DNA of 64,000 nucleotides from Octopus vulgaris (lineage: Eukaryota). The first letter of the stretch is position 1, and every line of letters starts with the position of its first letter. The notes beneath the pieces were generated by a model that saw nothing but the letters and a program-made list of their open reading frames with translations, did no database searches and had not been told where the DNA came from. Shown in pieces: positions 54,311 through 64,000 of this stretch. The stretch covers positions 20,646,001 to 20,710,000 of the forward strand of contig OX597837.1 of assembly GCA_951406725.2 (NCBI GenBank), read 5' to 3'. The translations under genes and the position numbers were made by a program.

Positions 54311-55849
54311 ATAACAGCGAATTGGCACGGCTCAGAGCAAAATGCTTTATATTAACTACTACCGTTCTCTATGCTCTGAGCTAAAATTACACCGAGTCCT
54401 TATTTTCCGTTCAGCCTGCAGAAGTTGATAAAATTTTGGTGGGGCATGGGATCCAAACTTTTTCTCTTTTTTTTTTTTGTGAAAATCTTTTCTCACAGCA
54501 AACATACTCCACCTATACTCAGCTTAGCCATACCAATCCCTCCAGACAAACATACTGTATAGTGCTATTCTAGCGCTCTAATGTGGATATTTCTTTAAGT
54601 AATGTATATAATTATGAAATTTTAAAAACAAAGTTTTTTTCCCAACCACCAGTGAAGTATACATTTTTCTGAAAGCCGTAGCGGGGCCTCAATAAGCTGG
54701 GAAACTCTGCTCTAATGTTTTACGTAGTTCAACGTGTTTCCGGCCACTGAAACTTGTTCTCTTAGAGAGTTGCAAACTTACACAAGTGAATGGATGAAAA
54801 ACAAAATAGGAACTTTGAAAGAAGTCTCCTTAAAATTAAGTTTTAAACATTGAATGTTTAAAACTAGAATAAAATAGTAATCAAAGGGGTCCGTAGATAA
54901 AAAAAAATGGTTGCGAACCGCTAATCTAAACTGTTTTCCAGTGAGCCCGCCCCTGTTTAAGGCAGCTTGACTTGAGGGTGATTTGTCTGCTATTTCTAGA
55001 TGAAGTGATGGGGGTATAGCCAGGCCCCAGGTCAGTCTTGATTGATCGTACTTCTGATCAAGGCCATTCCAGCCGTGAACGATCCTTTTTAACGTCTATT
55101 AAGGACTAGAGTATCTAACATGTCCACCCGTCTTTAATATGGGTGTATGGGTATTTCTAGTGGGTAGATCCACATTGTAAAGACTTCGATGTTGCATTGT
55201 GTAAAGTATGGTAATCGGAGTGACTGTGATGTTAATAATTCTTGTTAGTGTTGCTGCTGCTGCTACTGCTGCCGCTGCTGCTGCTGCAGTTGTTGTTGTT
55301 GTTGTTGACCGCTAGATCAAACCCAGTTGATCAAACTTAGTTGATCAAAATCGTTGCGGCCTTGACCCAGTCATATCCAGAATTTACCTTTTCTAATAAG
55401 CATTTACTATTTGAAAATGAAAGGGTCGAATTATGGATGCTGTTATTTGTGAAGGAAAATCTGGGTGCCATCAGGTGTAAGTCCCGTTGTTGATGAAAGA
55501 TATCACCCGTGACGCCACTATTACAATAAACAAATACTCAGTCCAGCTAGATGAGAATAAATACTATACTAAACGATATTCCAGTGTAGTACTTACTCAA
55601 TAAAAGTATGAATAAATATCGCATGAGGGTGGGTAGACAACATACGTAAATAGATGCTTTAGGGAAGTAGACTGTTTAAGCACTATAACGTCGTGATCTC
55701 GCTGTAAATAGGTCCCATGAAGAAGTACGATTCACCTTTGTACAAAGTTCACCTCAAATGCAAAAAGATAGCATATGCACCAAGTAACCTTTGTAATGGC
55801 AGGGAGATATACAGGTGTATTTTTTTGGTGTATTTTTTTGCGCAAACCT

Positions 55850-60435
<4,586 letters not shown>

Positions 60436-60618
60436 CTGTATAAATCATTCAACGTTAATCTGAAGGATTACTCAATACTTGTAAGTACATATTAAGTTTT
60501 ACAAGGAAAAACTTGACAGTGTCTTTGTCGTTTTGCCTTTCTCCCCTTCATCATTCAAACACAATGTCAAGGCTTACCTTGAAAAAGTTTAAATAGATAG
60601 ATAGATAGATAGATAGAT

Positions 60619-60686
<68 letters not shown>

Positions 60687-61769
60687 TGTTTCTTTATTAG
60701 CCACACAGGGCTGCACACAGATAGAACAAATTACAAGGTAGAGCTTTTCTTTTGAAGGTTTAAAAAAAAAAAAAAGGAAGGGGGAGTTTCGATCAAAAGG
60801 GATCGTAAAAGGAGAGAAAGAGGACAAAAAAAAGGGGGTTAAAAAAAAGGGGGAGAGGAAAAAAAAATTGATCAATAGGGATCGTTATCACAGAAATGTC
60901 AATATGAAGTGTAAAGGGGAGGACAGGTGAGGTTTACCCGTGGAAAGAAAAACCTACGGAAAAGACCACGGTAACCTCGGTCAATGGAATCACATGTTAA
61001 CACATTTATTTGCAAATAAGCAACTCTCTGTTTTCAATTTCTGGGTTCATAGGACTATGCTCAAGGTGGCTTCGTCATTCATACGTGCCATTACGGCTAC
61101 ATTCACCCATCTTTTTTAAAACATTCGCTAGACAAAACTTGCCTCTCTACTCTCACTTTCCTTTTCAAGTGGTACTTGAAGAGAGAGATGAGAGAGACAG
61201 AGACAGAGAGGAAAGTGTTTGTCTCCAATCCTTTCAGACGCGTCCACCAGATACATTCTTTCGCCATAGCCACAAGGATGATGAAAATAGCTCTTCCTTC
61301 CCGTTTGAAGGAAGGAGGCGTGACAATATTGACGATAGACTCAGCTGATAAACCGACTCGTCCCACACGTGACAGCAGTTGTTCGACATAAGCCCACAGG
61401 TCGGAAATTGTTGGACACTGCACGAGTGCGTACAGAACGGTTTCGTCGCTCTGACCGCATCTCGGGCAGGTCGGCCCCGTGTTTCTCGAGCCGTGTCTGT
61501 AGAGCTTATCCCGAACGGGTAGCGCTTCTCGGTAGCACTGCCAGGCCAGGGATCTCTGGAAGTTGTCCATGGGCCCTGGCCCGAAAGTCGTCCTGAACAG
61601 GCGGGTCAGGTACTCCTCGTCGACGTCCAGGTTCGCCCCGAGCTCGTCGTCGTACCTCCCCTCCACTAAACCCCTATAGAATGCTTTGGTTGTGTTGAAG
61701 TCACTCAAGGTCGACCCAGGACGGCAGAGTTGCTTGTGAGCAACGCGACACTCGCGGTGCCATTCGCCC
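60687..61769 (-). mobile_element. Tx1/L1-clade non-LTR retrotransposon, 5'-truncated copy A, in (GATA)n
   Basis: [14 protein letters not shown]...[21 protein letters not shown] (zf-RVT-type motif), 3'UTR ending aataaagaaaca-(tatc)n. Confidence 0.88.
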
Positions 61770-61836
61770 AGATAGATAGATAGATAGATAGATAGACAGA
61801 TAGATAGGTAGGTAGATAGATAGACAGATAGATAGG

Positions 61837-61893
<57 letters not shown>

Positions 61894-61894
61894 T

Positions 61895-61958
<64 letters not shown>

Positions 61959-62144
61959 TGTTTCTTTATTAGCCACACAGGGCTGCACACAGATAGAACA
62001 AATTACAAGGTAGAGCTTTTCTTTTGGAGGTAAAAAAAATAATTTTAAAAAAAAAAAAAATTTTTTTTTTTAAATAAATAAATAAAAAAAAAATTTTTTT
62101 TTAAATAAATAAATAAAAAAAAAGGGGGGTCGATCAAAAGGGAT
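61959..62144 (-). mobile_element. Same Tx1-like family, short 3' copy B
   Basis: Identical 3' terminus; (GATA)n on both sides. Confidence 0.85.
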
Positions 62145-62157
62145 AGATAGATAGACT

Positions 62158-62316
<159 letters not shown>

Positions 62317-62330
62317 TAGATAGATAGATA

Positions 62331-63672
62331 TGTTTCTTTATTAGCCACACAGGGCTGCACACAGATAGAACAAATTACAAGGTAGAGCTTTTCTTTTGAA
62401 GGTTTAAAAAAAAAAAAAAAAAAAAAAAGGAAGGGGAAGTTTCGATCAAAAGGGATCGTAAAAGGAGAGAAAGAGGACAAAAAAAAGGGGGTTAAAAAAA
62501 AAGGGGGAGAGGAAAAAAAAATTGATCAATAGGGATCGTTATCACAGAAATGTCAATATGAAGTGTAAAGGGGAGGACAGGTGAGGTTTACCCGTGGAAA
62601 GAAAAGCCTACGGAAAAGACCACGGTAACCTCGGTCAATGAATCACATTTTATATTTTTTTTTTTTTTTTTTTTGCAAATAAGCAACTCTCTGTTTTCGA
62701 TTTCTGGGTTCATAGGACTATGCTCAAGGTGGCTTCGTCATTCATACGTGCCATTCTTGCTACATTCACCCATCTTTTTTAAAACATTCGCTAGACAAAA
62801 CTTGCCTCTCTACTCTCACTTTCCTTTTCAAGTGGTACTTGAAGAAGTTGATGAGAGATTGACCAGAGAGGAAAGTGTTTGTCTCCAATCCTTTCAGACG
62901 CGTCCACCAGATACATTCTTTCGCCATAGCCACAAGGATGATGAAAATAGCTCTTCCTTCCCGTTTGAAGGAAGGAGGCGTGACAATATTGACGATAGAC
63001 TCAGCTGATAAACCGACTCGTCCCACACGTGACAGCAGTTGTTCGACATAAGCCCACAGGTCGAAAATTGTTGGACACTGAACGAGTGCGTACAGAACGG
63101 TTTCGTCGCTCTGACCGCATCTTGGGCAGGTCGGCCCCGTGTTTCTCGAGCCGTGTCTGTAGAGCTTATCCCGAACGGGTAGCGCTTCTCGGTAGCACTG
63201 CCAGGCCAGGGATCTCTGGAAGTTGTCCATGGGCCCTGGCCCGAAAGTCGTCCTGAACAGGCGGGTCAGGTACTCCTCGTCGACGTCCAGGTTCGCCCCG
63301 AGCTCGTCGTCGTACCTCCCCTCCACTAAACCCCTATAGAATGCTTTGGTTGTGTTGAAGTCACTCAAGGTCGACCCAGGACGGCAGAGTTGCTTGAGAG
63401 CAACGCGACACTCGCGGTGCCATTCGCCCTTCCTCGGCCTCTTTTTGATAGATATCCACGACTGCAGTTCGGTCATGGAGACGAGCTGATAGATAGGAAA
63501 GCGTGCCTCACAAACGGCGACCACACCTGTTCACCGTCGTCTACATAGAGCCAGAGATGCCGCAGTCTCAGCGCGTGTCTGCGCATCATCAACCACGGCA
63601 TGCCCAGCCCTCCTTTTAACGGGTGTTGACAGCAAATGGATCGCCTGACCATCGGGATAGATAGCATCCTTT
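62331..63672 (-). mobile_element. Same Tx1-like family, copy C (longest)
   Basis: VRRSICCQHPLKGGLGMP, zf-RVT-type motif, AKECIWWTR. Confidence 0.9.
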
Positions 63673-63731
63673 AGATAGATAGATAGATAGATAGACAGAC
63701 AGATAGATAGATAGATAGATTGATAGATAGA

Positions 63732-64000
63732 TTTCTTTATTAGCCACACAGGGCTGAACACAGACGGGACAAATTACAAAGTAGAGCTTTTCTTTTTGGG
63801 AGAAAAAAAAGTGGGGTAGGTTTTCGATCAAAAGGGATCGTAAAAAGGAAAGAAAAAAAGAAAAAAACGAAAAAAAAAACGATCAATTGGGATTGTGTAT
63901 CATAGAAATGCCATGATGTAAAGTGTAAAGGGGGAAGCAGATAAGGTTTATCCGTGGAAAGAAAAGCCTACGGAAAAGACCACGGTGACCTCGGTCAATA
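63732..64000 (-). mobile_element. Diverged Tx1-like subfamily copy D (runs off the window)
   Basis: Homologous 3'UTR with many substitutions, again abutting (GATA)n. Confidence 0.85.

Overview
Repeat-dominated, AT-rich animal genomic DNA with no recognisable host protein-coding exon. The SINE types and extreme microsatellite load suggest Octopus (inference). Most ORF-track entries are microsatellite translations. Contents: about 25 copies of a tRNA-headed SINE with a central (TA/GT)n tract (called SINE-A here), two other tRNA-SINE types (B, C), and LINE remnants (CR1, RTE, R4/Dong-like, L2/Jockey-like). There is also a Penelope-like GIY-YIG remnant, two Helitrons, several Tc1/mariner remnants, and hAT and pogo-like MITEs. 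Most notable: (1) six intact-looking and several degenerate type I hammerhead ribozyme (HHR) motifs in short non-coding elements at (TA)n or other microsatellites, three of them built as asymmetric inverted repeats; (2) four Tx1/L1-clade copies that all sit in (GATA)n; (3) a (TAA)n-embedded non-coding element. All calls were read by eye; no database search or RNA folding was run.
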